Below, piece by piece: positions 1-11,840 of a stretch of 64,000 nucleotides of DNA; positions within the stretch are counted from its first letter, which is position 1, and each line of letters starts with the position of its first letter. The stretch spans positions 15,802,926 through 15,866,925 of the forward strand of contig NC_069005.1 in NCBI RefSeq assembly GCF_001194135.2, in the 5' to 3' direction. The translations under genes were made by a program, and so were the position numbers. Source of the DNA: Octopus bimaculoides. Its lineage: Eukaryota. A model generated the notes under the pieces. The model was not told where the DNA came from. It worked only from the letters and a program-made list of their open reading frames with translations, and did not search any database.

Positions 1-1
1 A

Positions 2-168
2 AGATTTTTTTCAACTGTAAGTATGGGAAACAATTAAATTTTAGAAAGGCAGAAACAAGGAAAATGCCCCTTGTATATTTGAATACTATGCAAATATTCT
101 TTTAAAAAGCTTTTCATTTAATTTTTCCAAAATTTAATTGTTTCCCATACTTACAGTTGAAAAAGTCT
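2..168. repeat. ~40-bp inverted repeat (2-42 vs 129-168) overlapping the 5' half of a hammerhead motif
   Basis: TTTTTCAACTGTAAGTATGGGAAACAATTAAATTTT near the window start is the reverse complement of AAAATTTAATTGTTTCCCATACTTACAGTTGAAAAA at 129-164. Confidence 0.9.
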
Positions 169-192
169 CAATGACCGAAACCAGTACTGAAA
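151..192 (+). ncRNA. Minimal type I hammerhead ribozyme motif, U3:A8 core variant
   Basis: Stem I CAG(154-156)/CUG(187-189); core UUGAAAA(157-163); stem II GUC-UCAAU-GAC with an A·C mismatch at the closing position; GAAA(177-180); stem III AC-CA-GU; cleavage triplet GUA. Confidence 0.55.
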
Positions 193-274
193 TGTTTTTT
201 ATAAAATTATTTTAGCATTTTCAACCTTGACTTTTTTTCCATATATATATCAACTTGTGTGTTCCTTTTCAACC

Positions 275-326
<52 letters not shown>

Positions 327-749
327 TAAGCAAGATATAAGTTAGAGGTTATGCAATTATCTAATAGATGTATCCGTAGGCACTCCTGATGTATTACCTC
401 GCTATGTATAGTCCTCATTATAAGGTAATAGGTAATTAAAGGTAAAACTGTGGTTTAACATATATAGAGAAGATAAGAAATGGAGCAATAATTAACACAG
501 AGAAGTGGATGATTGGTGTTTAAAAGTTATTATTTAATTGAATTTAACACCAATGACACACTTCTTGTTAATTATTGTGCCATTTCTTATCTCCTCTCTC
601 TTTCTCTCTCTCTCTCTCTGTATATNNNNNNNNNNNNNNNNNNNNNNNNNNNNNNNNNNNNNNNNNNNNNNNNNNNNNNNNNNNNNNNNNNNNNNNNNNN
701 NNNNNNNNNNNNNNNNNNNNNNNNNNNNNNNNNNNNNNNNNNNNNNNNN

Positions 750-794
<45 letters not shown>

Positions 795-800
<6 letters not shown>

Positions 801-2430
801 ATGATAACAGGATTCTCCAGCATGATGCTAAAGAAATGGCAGAAGTACTACAGAAACAATACTGCTCTGTCTTTAGTGATCTCACTGATATTGATGTAAG
901 GGATGTGAATGAAGTTGATTCCCAACATATAATCTTGGACATAACCTTTACTGCTTCAGACATCATAGCAGCAAGTAATGAGATCAAATACTATTCTGCT
1001 GTAGGCCTTGATAGATTCCCCCACTAATCTCCTGAAGGAATGTAGACACTGACTTGCAGTTCCTCTAACCAACCTCTGGAGAAATTCTTTAGACTCAGGT
1101 TATATACTGAAACAGCTCTTATCCCAGTCTGTCATCTCGGTTTTCAAACAGGGAAACAGATCCCTCACAGTCAACTATCGCCCAATCTCACTCACCTCCC
1201 GTATCATTAAAGTATTTGAAAGGATGGTAAGATCAAGGATAGCTGGCTTCTTGCAGACCCACAATCTCCTAAATTCAAACCAACATGGTTTTCACTGTGA
1301 CAGGAACTGTCTAACATAGCTCTTACACCACATCAATGGTGTCCCCAAAGACTTGGGATCAGGTTCAAATTCAGATGTCATATATCTTGACTTCAGTAAA
1401 GCATTGAACAGAGTAGACCACAATACCCTACTGTTAAAATTGTCAAATGTTGGAACCTGTGGAAAACTACTACACTGGATTGAGTATTTCCTAGAGAATA
1501 GGACACATGTTATGATCACTCAAGCCCAGAATAAGTCACCAGTGACATCCCTCAGGGGACTGTCTTGGGCCTGCTGCTCTTCATTGCCTATATGAACAAC
1601 ATTTCCAGTATCTTAAAACACAGCAAAGTGAAGATATTCACTGGTGACTCCAAGCTCCAGAAAATTATCAATGAAGAAGACCGAACTCAACTCCAGTCTG
1701 ATCTACATGCTGTGAGTCAATGGGCAGACAAAAATAAAATGAAACTGAACGAGGGAAAATTTGAGCTAATGGTTTTTCAAAGACAGACTATGCTAAAACA
1801 TCCATACTCTTTATCTTCAGGGGAACCACTCAAAACATCTAATAATATCAGAGACATAGGAGTAATTGTTGACAACAATCTCAGCTGGAGTGCCCACAAC
1901 AACAATACGGTTGACATTCACTGAAAGAGTTAACTAAAAGAATTAAGGGCATGGGTGATCTCGATTATTGGAACCACCTTAGAGCATTGAAACTCTATTC
2001 TCTCCAGCGCCACCATGAGTGATACATTATTTGCACAATGTGGAGAATATACCACCAGCATTGCCTAAATAACGTCAACTTTAACTTCAAAATTCATACA
2101 AGGCTAAGAGCACAGGCCACACAACCCCCACCCAATTCAGAATCGCAACACATAAATACACTGCATGACAATTTCTTTTCCTCAACAAGCCCTGCCCTAT
2201 TTAACATTGTCCCAAAAGAGATCAAAGAGGAAAAGGATCCCATCACATTTAAGCGGAATCTGAACAAATTTCTTCAAGGAATAGCAGATAAGCCACCTAT
2301 GCCTGGATACAACTCACTCAACAAGAACTTGAATGGACCATGATATCACAAAACTTGAATTAAAAAGGATTTAGCTAATTCTATCAGGTAGTATTATTAA
2401 GTTAGATATGACCTGAACCAATCTTTTTCA
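795..2430 (+). mobile_element. CR1/L2-like LINE, 5'-truncated, frameshifted RT and 3' end
   Basis: Peptides NYRPISLTS, SDVIYLDFSKALNRVDHNTLLLKL, PQGTVLGLLLFIAYMNNI, KIFTGDSKL (degenerate YADD motif), IRDIGVIVDNNLSW; multiple stops and frameshifts. Confidence 0.9.
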
Positions 2431-2499
2431 AAACCATGACAACATTCTTTTCAGGTGCTGAATAACACCTCACCTTCCCATGTTCCATCCCACATCCCT

Positions 2500-2636
2500 T
2501 TCCCAGTTTTCATAAGCACACTGAAATGTAGATCTAACAAGATTGCTGAGATGTTTGAACGGAGGCATGTTGATGTATGCTGCATCCAGGAGGTAAGGTG
2601 GAGAGGAGCTTCAGCCAGGTTCCTCACAAGCAAGAC
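2500..2636 (+). mobile_element. RTE-like LINE fragment, N-terminus of AP endonuclease
   Basis: STLKCRSNKIAEMFERRHVDVCCIQEVRWRGASARFLT contains the conserved APE 'IQE(V/T)(R/K)W' motif. Confidence 0.8.
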
Positions 2637-2639
2637 ACA

Positions 2640-2950
2640 TCATCATCGTTTAACATCTGTTTTCCATGCTGATATGGGTTGGATGGTTTGACTGGGGACT
2701 AGCAATTCAGGAGGTTGCACTAGGCTCCAATCTGATCTAGCAATATTTATACAGAAGGATGCCCTTCCTAACACCAACCACTCCGAGGGTGTAGCAGGTG
2801 CTTTTTACGTGCCACCAGCATGGGAGCCAGTCAGGTGGCACTGGTATCGGTCACATTCAGGTGGTGCTTTTTATATGCCACCAGCACAAGAGCCATTTAG
2901 GGTGGGGACTGGCATCGACCATGTTTGAATGGTGCTTTTTAAGTGCCACT
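2640..2950 (-). mobile_element. RTE-like LINE 3' UTR/tail
   Basis: CATCATCATCGTTTAAC...TTCCATGCT...GGGTTGGATGGTTTGAC tail plus 3'-UTR repeats; same family as 50298-51615. Confidence 0.8.
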
Positions 2951-3456
2951 GGTATATATGTATGTATATATTGTTTGTTATTATGCAAAAGTTTTCTAAG
3001 TCCAAAATGTTGCCTTTTCAGAAAACAAAACAATAGTTTCTTCACCATTCCATTTCTTTTTACATTNNNNNNNNNNCTGGAACCCTCGACGTCGTAAGCG
3101 ACGGAGTGCCAACAACAACATAAAATTTGTAAGTGCTGTTGATTTGAAATTCTCCGCGCTCAGTCTTCATGCTGGTAGGCTTGTTTGGAAGGATATTCTT
3201 GATTTTATATCTCAAATAAACTTTAATAACAATGCACCTTTGATCAGCGTCATGTCCAACTCCACACATAGATCTTGTTATCTGAAAATCACAGATTTTG
3301 CGCCTCAAACGGCTTTGTTCAGATAATAATTTAAAAGTAATTGATTGGCACTACTAAAACAGAAAGTGGGACACAGTAACATTTAATATAGTTGGTAGTA
3401 TATATTAGTTGCAAAATGAAATGCGGGTCCCTGCTAGCACTTAATACATGCATACA

Positions 3457-3857
3457 GGCGCAGGAGTGGCTGTGTGGTAAGTAGCTTGCTTACGAACCAC
3501 ANNNNNNNNNNGTTCAGTCCCACTGCATGGCATCTTGGGCAAGTGTCTTCTACTACAGCCTTAGGCCGACCAAAGTTTTGTGAGTAAATTTGGTAGATGG
3601 AAACTGAAAGAAGCCCGTTGTATATATGTGTGTATATATATATGTGTGTATATATATATGTGTGTGTATGTATGTTTGTCCCCACCAACATCGCTTGACA
3701 CAAATGCTGGTGTGTTTAAGTCCCCGCAACTTAGCAGTTCAGCAAAAAGAGACAGATAGAATAAGTACTAGGCTTACAAAGAATAAGTCCTGGGGTCGAT
3801 TTGCTCGACTAAAAGATGGTGTTCCAGTATGGCTGCAGTCAAATGACTGAGACAAGT
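3457..3857 (+). mobile_element. tRNA-derived SINE family A, full-length copy (over 20 further copies or fragments in the window)
   Basis: Head GGCGCAGGAGTGGCTGTGTGG, body CTTGGGCAAGTGTCTTCTACTA, internal TA/TG microsatellite, tail CAGTCAAATGACTGA. Recurs at ~9472-9835, 14240-14630(-), 17765-18065, 20900-21690(-), 23830-24360, 30120-30340(-), 34070-34440, 42890-43230, 45740-46075, 47995-48190(-), 62240-62580(-). Confidence 0.85.
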
Positions 3858-3909
3858 ATATATACATATATATATATGTGTATATACATAGGCAAATGTA
3901 TATACATAG

Positions 3910-3942
<33 letters not shown>

Positions 3943-4377
3943 NNNNNNNNNNNNNNNNNNNNNNNNNNNNNNNNNNNNNNNNNNNNNNNNNNNNNNNNNN
4001 NNNNNNNNNNNNNNNNNNNNNNNNNNNNNNNNNNNNNNNNNNNNNNNNATATAATTGGAGTCACAGCCAGAAGAAATGAAACCTAGAGAATGCAACCCAA
4101 CCGGTTCACTATTATAACACATTACAAATTCAATGTATCAATTTTGCATACTGTAACAGACAAAAATTTCCATTTTTGCTTGAAAGACTTCAGCTGAGTA
4201 ATATGTAGTAAATCCTCTCTATCAAAAGGCTGCATACAAATAATTGAATGGATACTTGCAGTATGTTGTCAAATAACCATTTTAGTTTTTGTTTGATTTT
4301 TATTTTGTTTTATGGGTTTTTTGGAGTTGTCCTTTTTTTTTTTTTACTTCTGACATCATACTTTTATAATTGAGAGA

Positions 4378-4401
4378 ATGATCAACATCAATATCACCAC
4401 C

Positions 4402-4435
<34 letters not shown>

Positions 4436-4700
4436 CCAACACCACTGTTGCTGCTGTCATCATTACCATCAACATCATCGTTATCATCAATACTACCACC
4501 ACTGCCATCATCATTCCCACCACTATTGCTATCGTTATTAGCACCGTTATCGTCATCAACACCACCGCCACCATCATCATCATTGTCACCAGCACCATTA
4601 CTACCATCATAATCATCATTGCCACCATCATTGTCTTTACCATCACCACCATCATCATCATCATTACCATCACCACCATCATCACCACCACCATCATTTG
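4378..4700. repeat. Degenerate (CAT/CAC)n low-complexity tract
   Basis: Visible in sequence; generates poly-T/I, poly-D/G and poly-M/V ORFs. Similar tracts at 42540-42900 and 44560-44790. Confidence 0.95.
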
Positions 4701-5947
4701 TATTTCTGTTGCCATTATTAAACAGCCACAAAATGGTATAGTTAGGAACATCAGAAACAGAAACAAATCAGATTAAATCTTGAACATATTTATATTCCAT
4801 TCCTTCTCCCCTGAGGATTCAGAATGAAAAAAAAACAAGGGTGGGGGGATCAAAATCTGTCCTGTTATCTGTTCAAATTCAACTTCAATGGTGTGGAGTG
4901 GGGGAGAAACCAATTAAATTGATTATAGATCTTTCCTGAATGTAGATGACCTTGGAACTAATGAGAATCGTGAAGGCTAAACAACAAAATTGAAGAATCA
5001 CAATCAATGGTTGCGTCTTTCTGTGAGGCCTCTTTTAGCTTTCCACTTGTTTCCATTATTGGACAGCAGCCATACTGGAGCACCACCTTGAGGGATTTAG
5101 TCAAACAAATCAAATCTGCTACTTGTTTTCTAAACCTGGTGCTTAATTCTATTGGTTTCATTTCCCAAACTGCTAAGTTATGGGGACATAAACAAAGCTA
5201 CACTGGTTGTCAAGTAGTAGTAGGGGACAAACACACACACACACATATATATATAATATATATACATGTGATGACCAGTGGCCCAGTGGTCAGGTAGTGC
5301 ATTGTACACTTAAGCAAAACACTTCATTTCACGTTGCTCCAGTCCACTCAACTGTAAATGGGTGACCCTTCAATGTAAAATCCTTCTGGTCAGGGGGAAC
5401 ATTGGCTGGATTGTCCAGCCAGCAGAGTGGCATCATTAAAAAGCTAAAACAATGAAAAGTGCATTGTGACCAGTGGTGTATAACAACATCCGATAGTCTG
5501 GATCAACACAGTGATGCCATGATATATTCTTTTATTCTCGCTTCAGCCATTTGACTGTGGCCATGCTGGAGCACCACCTTGAAGGGTTTTAATCAAACAA
5601 ATCAACACCAGGATTTATTTTTTAAAGTCCAGTATTTTATTTTAGTTTCTTTTGCTGAACTGCTTAGTTATGGGGACATAAACATATCAACACCAGTTGT
5701 CACGTGGTTATGGGGGGCATACAGACAGAAAGACACACACATGTAGATATAAATGTATATATATATATTCTAAATGATTGATACAAAAGACAGAATGTAT
5801 TGGGTATGTACCGTAGTGTGCCGATACACGACTAGGGACATAAAGTTTAGATGCTAAATTGTATAATTTTATATCTAAACATTAATTTTAATTATAACTT
5901 ATATATATATAACTGTAAATAATATGTTTCAATTATTCGGTAGCCAT

Positions 5948-6008
5948 GATAAAACTCTGAGTTTCAGATATCGGGGCGGAAACCCGCGCCACCATCTCTT
6001 CAGTTATC
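5948..6008 (-). ncRNA. Type I hammerhead ribozyme motif with self-complementary stem III
   Basis: Minus strand reads GAUAA-CUGAAGA-GAU[GG UGGCG..CGCC CC GAU]AUC-U-GAAA-CU-CAG-AG-UU|UUAUC. Stem I GAUAA/UUAUC; one extra U before GAAA; predicted cleavage between 5953 and 5952. Confidence 0.7.
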
Positions 6009-6552
6009 GGGCCATCGAAAAAATGCTATGAAAATGACCGTTAAACAAAGGGAAATTACTCTGTGATTGACCGTTATTAAGACAAAAGAGCTATTAGAAT
6101 GACCGCTAAGTGAGGGGAGGGAGTAAAAATGTTCATAGTAATCACGTAAGCGTGCATGTCCATACATACACATGCACATTCGCACACCCACGTACATGCG
6201 CCTATATGTATATCCTCATCCACCCTCACTTGAAACACACACATGCTCACCCACACATTCGCCAAAAAATATATACATACCCGCATACACGCTCGCACAC
6301 ACACACACACAAATGCGCACGCAACACGCTCACACACATGCATGTGCAAAAAAGGTTCATACACACATCTATATATGCACATACTCGCATGCATGCACAC
6401 ATCCACAAGCGTACAGAAAAGGTTCCATATATGCGTCTATATATGCACAAGAAAAAAGCAGGGTGGATGGTAGAATACAGAAAAGATATGTGTAAAAAAT
6501 ATATGAGGAATAAACCTATAAAACAATATCACATAAGAAAGAAGAAAACAAA

Positions 6553-6597
6553 GGACCACTGATGAAGTCACAGAAGTGTGACGAAAGAACTCTGGCC
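6553..6597 (+). ncRNA. Minimal type I hammerhead ribozyme motif at the 3' end of the PLE, antisense to its ORF
   Basis: CCA-CUGAUGA-A-GUCACA-GAAG-UGUGAC-GAAA-G-AA-C-UC|UGG. Intact core, 6-bp stem II, 2-bp stem III, one extra A after A9. Confidence 0.75.
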
Positions 6598-6599
6598 AA

Positions 6600-9065
6600 A
6601 ATAAGATTAATGTAATATAAAGCTGAAGCAAATTAACACCAAATATACAGTGCGTGTGTTTTTATTGGCTAAACTGGCAATATGACCATCCCCAAGTACA
6701 ACAATATCTCTATAAATATGTAAAAAAGTATATAAAATATATAAGAAATATAAGTAAAAAGTATAGAGAGATAAGAAGCTTGTACATGGACACAATATAG
6801 AAAGCAAGTCCTATCTGTAATCTCACGGGGACCAAAAATGTAACAAATATTTAGCCACATGTGGACATGGTCCAAAAAGTTCAGTTCTTGAATTTAGACA
6901 TGTGGCAGGGTCTAAGCTGCTTTTCCAGATGAGCCACCTTTCCGTATCACAAAGACTGCACTTCCCGCTGATTGGATAATTTGGTCATTTTCCTTTTATC
7001 CCAGTGCCTGAAGTTCAAGGTGTGATTATTGAACCTGGCTTTGAAATTACCTTCTGTAAGGCCCACATATTTCTTTGTCAAAACTGTGTCCTTAGTGGAT
7101 ATAGAGTTTACGGTGGCTTCATAAATGATGGTCTCGGACATGCAAGCTCCATTTAGCAGGCACAAATGTTTATCCCTGCATGAAAGCTGGTTTCATATTG
7201 TGGTTTTTGTGTGTTGTGTGCGATTATATTTTAAAAATTAGTAGTTGAGCTGAAACTAATTTTTAAGTTATGTCTATTGAAGAGCTTTCTGTAACTATGG
7301 TTGACTGGAAAGTGTCTGTCTATCAGTGCTAAGAAGTACTTGCCTATATTAAAGGTCACTTCAGGTGAGTAGTGGGGTGTGAACCAGATAGTTTACCTAT
7401 TCCTATGTTTTCTTTTCTTTATTATTGGACTGGTGGCAGGTGTATAGGTTATTTCCTCACTAAAACCACTATCTCTTAGAGCCTTATTATATACTGGGGC
7501 AACGCTATTAAAAATGTCCCTATTGGAGGAGAGGCTAGAGATTCTTTTGCTAATGTATTTAACTAAATTTTTTAAACACTATGAAGGGATGGCAGGAACA
7601 CACATTAATATAACTAAGTCTATCATTGGGCTTCCTATAAGGTTTATAAATATTCTTATTTTTTTATTGCCCACAAGGGGCTAAACATAGAGGGGACAAA
7701 CAAGGACATCGACCCCAGTGCATAACTGGTTTAATAATATTAAAGATAAAAATAGATATAAATTTGGATGAAAGTAGTGATATTCTTTTTCCTATATTAT
7801 ATGTTAACGATTTTTTAATCGCGGGTGGGTAATTACTCTAAGCATTAATATATCTAAGGTTTTCATAAATTTTATGGAAGGGCTGAGTTTTACCTGTTAT
7901 TACATTGAAATTAACATCCAAATAATTAATATTATAGTGCTCATTATATATGCTAATACCCAATCTATTTCTTTTAAAAAAACCTATTTAGTTTCTTCTT
8001 ATATAATTCTAGAGTTCTATTAGTGCAATCCTTAGTAATTAATAATAGGTCATCCCTATATAAATCACGCTTTTATAAACCCCAATTTTATGTTTTCCAA
8101 TTTAAGTTCAGATAATAAATACATACCTACTATTTCTGTTGCCTGAGCAGAATCGGGTGCCCTCATTGGTATATCAAAGTTGTCCCTAATATCCTTCCTA
8201 GCCCATAATTTATTGTTACATCTAATTAGTGATTTTCTAGCCATTTTTACTACATTAACCTCATCATAAGTCATTCCTACCTTACTCACTGTATAAATAA
8301 GTGCCTTATTAAGGATGATCTCATTAATAGAAGAAGAATTATCTATATCTATTTGGATGAATTTATATATATTTCTATCTTTGATATTATTAAACCATTT
8401 TGAAGTATCATTAGTGCTAGTCCAAAGCTTAAGGTAATTTAAGTCATTTAATCTATTAATATATTTATCTAAAATTATCTTACTTAATTTGCCTATATCT
8501 GACTTACTTGGGCATACAAGTCTAACTTTTGGGTCAGAGTAAAAATTATCTTTGTGGTTTTTCAGGGTAATCCTAGGGTGCATGGGTCCATAAGGTTCCG
8601 TTTTATTATCTAACTCATATCTCAACATGATTAGTTTAGATTCCTTATTGTCATTATAAAGGGAATTTTCCGGAACTATTTTATATTTTATATTTATTTC
8701 TTTCTCCAATTGTTTATCGTATAAATTAATATCTAGTTTATATAGGTTTCCTGTTTTATCCCATCGTACTATGAATCCGTCTAAATTACACATTTCTTTT
8801 ATTCTTGTAGCTAGATTTCTCAAGTATATATTGCGCCTATTTGGGTATTTATGAAATTTCATGTTTTTAACTATCTTCCAAATTTTATCTTCTTGGATCT
8901 GTATTTCCCTATTATATGGGGGTTCATTTCTAGATTTAAATCTAGAGCCAATGAATTTAGTGTTATCTATATCATTAATATCATATATGTCCCTATTGTT
9001 GTAATATGCTTTCCATTTTATCCTATTTATAAAATCTTTAATATTATTAATTAGTTTTAAGGTGA
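6600..9065 (-). mobile_element. Penelope-like retroelement, near-full-length disrupted ORF (RT + C-terminal GIY-YIG endonuclease)
   Basis: N-term KLINNIKDFINRIKWKAYY...FKSRNEPP; RT DPKVRLVCPSKSDIGKLSKIILD, QIDIDN, YRDD (8049-8060); IWFTPHYS...NIGKYFLALIDRHFP; CRDKHLCLLNGAC; IIYEATV...YVGLTEGNFKARFNNH; C-term CSLCDTE...LNSRTELFGPCPH ending ~6830. Confidence 0.9.
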
Positions 9066-9278
9066 ATTCCTTTCATACATATATATACATACATATAGAT
9101 ACACATATATACATACATATATNNNNNNNNNNNNNNNNNNNNNNNNNNNNNNATATATATACACATACATATATATATACATAGATACATATATATATAT
9201 ATATACACATAGATACATACATATATATATATAGGTACATACACACACACACACACACGTGTGTGTGTGTGTGTGTGT

Positions 9279-9417
9279 AAGTAATGCTTGTTCCCACCTC
9301 AAATTGGTTGTTCTGCATAGAACAATGTTATCACTGTTTTTTACCCTGGGAGGACACCTCCTCAGTAACATTCTTCTATGCAGAACAACCAATTTGAGGT
9401 GGTAACAACCATTACTT
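9279..9417. repeat. Hairpin with ~50-bp arms; the loop carries a degenerate hammerhead-like core on the minus strand
   Basis: GTAATGCTTGTTCCCACCTCAAATTGGTTGTTCTGCATAGAACAATGTTA (9281-9330) pairs with 9366-9415 with ~3 mismatches. Minus-strand loop: UGUUA-CUGAGGA-GGUGUCCU-CCC-AGGGUA-AAAAAC-AGUGA-UAACA. Confidence 0.85.
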
Positions 9418-11224
9418 TTCAGTAGAGTTACCACTTACATCTCTTAAAGAGATTTTAGAACTAGCAAATTTGTGGCTGTGTGGTTCAGTTCTACTGAATG
9501 GCACGTATATTGGGCAAGTATCTTCTCCTACGGCCTTGGTCCGACCAAAACCTTGTGAGTGGATTTGGTAGATGGAAACTGAAAGAAGCCCATTGTGTGT
9601 GTATATATATATACATACACATACATACATATATATGTTTGTGTTTCTCCCTCCACCATCACTTGACAACCGATGTTTGTATGTTTACGTCCTTGTCACT
9701 TAGCAGTTTGGTAAAAGAGACTGATATAATAAGTATTAGGCTTACAAAGAATAAGTCCTGGGGTTGATTTGTTCGAATAAAATTGGTGCCCCAACATGGC
9801 CACAATGAAATGGCTGAAACAAGTAAAAGAATAAAACAATACGCATATATATGTATTGGAGGCTGATCTCAAAACGCTGAACCTTATGAAGGAGATGACA
9901 GAGGATGGAGATATGGGGTGCATTGCTGTACTCGCCCTGTAAAAAGCACAGGTGGTGGTGTCACATAAAAAGCCCCCCAGCAGACACTGTAAAGTGATTG
10001 GTATTAAGAAGGGCGTCCAACCATAGAAAGAAACCAAAACAGAGTACGGAAGCTGATGCAACCCCTGGCTTTGCCAGTTCCTGTCAAGTTATCCAACCCA
10101 TGCCAGCATGGAAAGCGGACGTTAAATATAGATGATAGGGTTCTTTCTGTTTCTGTCTACCAAATCCACTCACAACACTTTGGTTGACCGAGGGCTATAG
10201 TAGAAGACACTTGCCCAAAGTCCCACACAATAGGACTGAAGGTGGAACCATGTGGTTAGATATCAGACATCCTATCACACAGGCATGCTTGTGCCTATAT
10301 ACATTAGCATACGGATACATTAGCATACATTAGCATACGGCTATTAACAAAATAAGTGAAGCTGTTTTAATATTCAGTTGCAATGGATGAAGTTGTCAAG
10401 CATCATTTTCATCCGTGTCATTGACTGGATAGACTTTAATCATTTCTACAGTCACTGCCATTGCCTTAATTACCATCGTTATATATCCATCATCATCATT
10501 ATGGATCCTCTTGTCTATGTTTGCATAGGTCAGACAGAATTCATTGAGGCAAAATTTATAATATGGCTGGATGCCTATCCTGTCACCTATTTCCAAGTAA
10601 GGTAATATTAATGTTTTCTGAAGGTGACAAACTGGCAGAATGGTTAGCACATGGCACATAATGCTTAGCAGCATTTTGTCTCTGTAGATTCTGAGTTCAA
10701 ATTCTTGCTTTTCATCCTTTTGGGAGCAATAAAATAAGTACCAGCTGACAACTAGGGCTGGTCTGTTTAGATCCCTGTAACTTAGAGGTTTTGCAAAAAG
10801 AGACTGATAGAATAAGTACTAGACTTTAAAGATATAAAGTGGTGGGGTCAGTTTGTTCAACTAAATCTTTCAAGACAGTGTCCCAGCATGGCCGCAGTCT
10901 AATGTCTGAAACAAGTAAAAGATAATATATATATACAGTAATAATAATAATAATCCAAGGATGGAATTTCATATATGCCTTAATGCATCACTACATGCAT
11001 TTCCACAGATGACGTTGTTTGTGTCTATAATCCACATCCATAGGATAATTACAATCTAATTTGTAATATCCATGGATATTACAGTGAGTCGTTGTTCATT
11101 TTGTCAGGTGATAAATATATCAGTAACATTAGAAAGGAGCACAGCATGTATGAAGTTGCTAAAATGAAAATATGCTCAATTAGTTTCACCTGTACCATTC
11201 CTGACTTTATTATTATTATTGTTA

Positions 11225-11840
11225 AGGTGGTGAGCTAGAAGAATTGTTACCGTGCCAGGCAAAATGCTTAGCAGCATTCCATCTGTCTTTACATTCTGCG
11301 TTCAAAAGCCGCTACGGTTGACTTTGCCTTTCATCTTTCAAGGGTCAATAAATTAAGTACCAGTGAAACACTGGGGTCGATGTAGTCAACTAGTTCCCTC
11401 CCCCAAAATTTCAGGTCTTGTGCCTTTAGTAGAAAGGATTATTATTATTATTATCATTAGGCAGTGAGCTAGCAGAATTGTTAGCATGCTGGGTAAAAAG
11501 CTTAGTGGCATGTTGTTTGTCATTACGTTCTGAGTTCAAATGCTGCCAAGGTCGACTTTGCCTTTCATCCTTTTGGAGTCAATGAAATAAGTACCAGTTG
11601 AGTACTGGGGTTGATGCAATCAACTAGCCTCTTCCTATCAAATTCCAGACCTTGTGCCTATAGTAGAAAGGATTATTATATTATTATCATCATTACTATA
11701 GCTAAAGCAGAATCGTTAGCATGCTTGGGGGCATTTCATATGTCTTCACAGCATGAGTTCAAATTTCACCCACTGGGATCAATGTAATCAACTTACACCT
11801 CCCTGAAATATACTGGTCTTGTGCTAGCATTTGAAACCAT
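11225..11840 (+). mobile_element. Head-to-tail cluster of tRNA-derived SINE family B (3 copies)
   Basis: Repeated GGTGGTGAGCT..CAGAATTGTTAGCA...GAGTTCAAAT...GACTTTGCCTTTCATCCTT...AATAAGTACCAG units separated by (ATT)n. Also at 10625-10760, 24930-25030(-), 29680-29830(-), 47750-47900(-), 57355-57570. Confidence 0.8.

Noticed and set aside
513-1027. ORFs across (TA)n/(TC)n and N gaps (also 3434-4122, 9047-9434, 37586-38010, 40458-41217, 53097-53342)
   Set aside because: [12 protein letters not shown] peptides are translations of dinucleotide microsatellites and N runs.
4300-4776. Mucin-like or Gly/Asp-rich ORFs (also 42541-42965, 44532-44885)
   Set aside because: Open in several frames on both strands because degenerate trinucleotide repeats lack stops; no splice or homology support.
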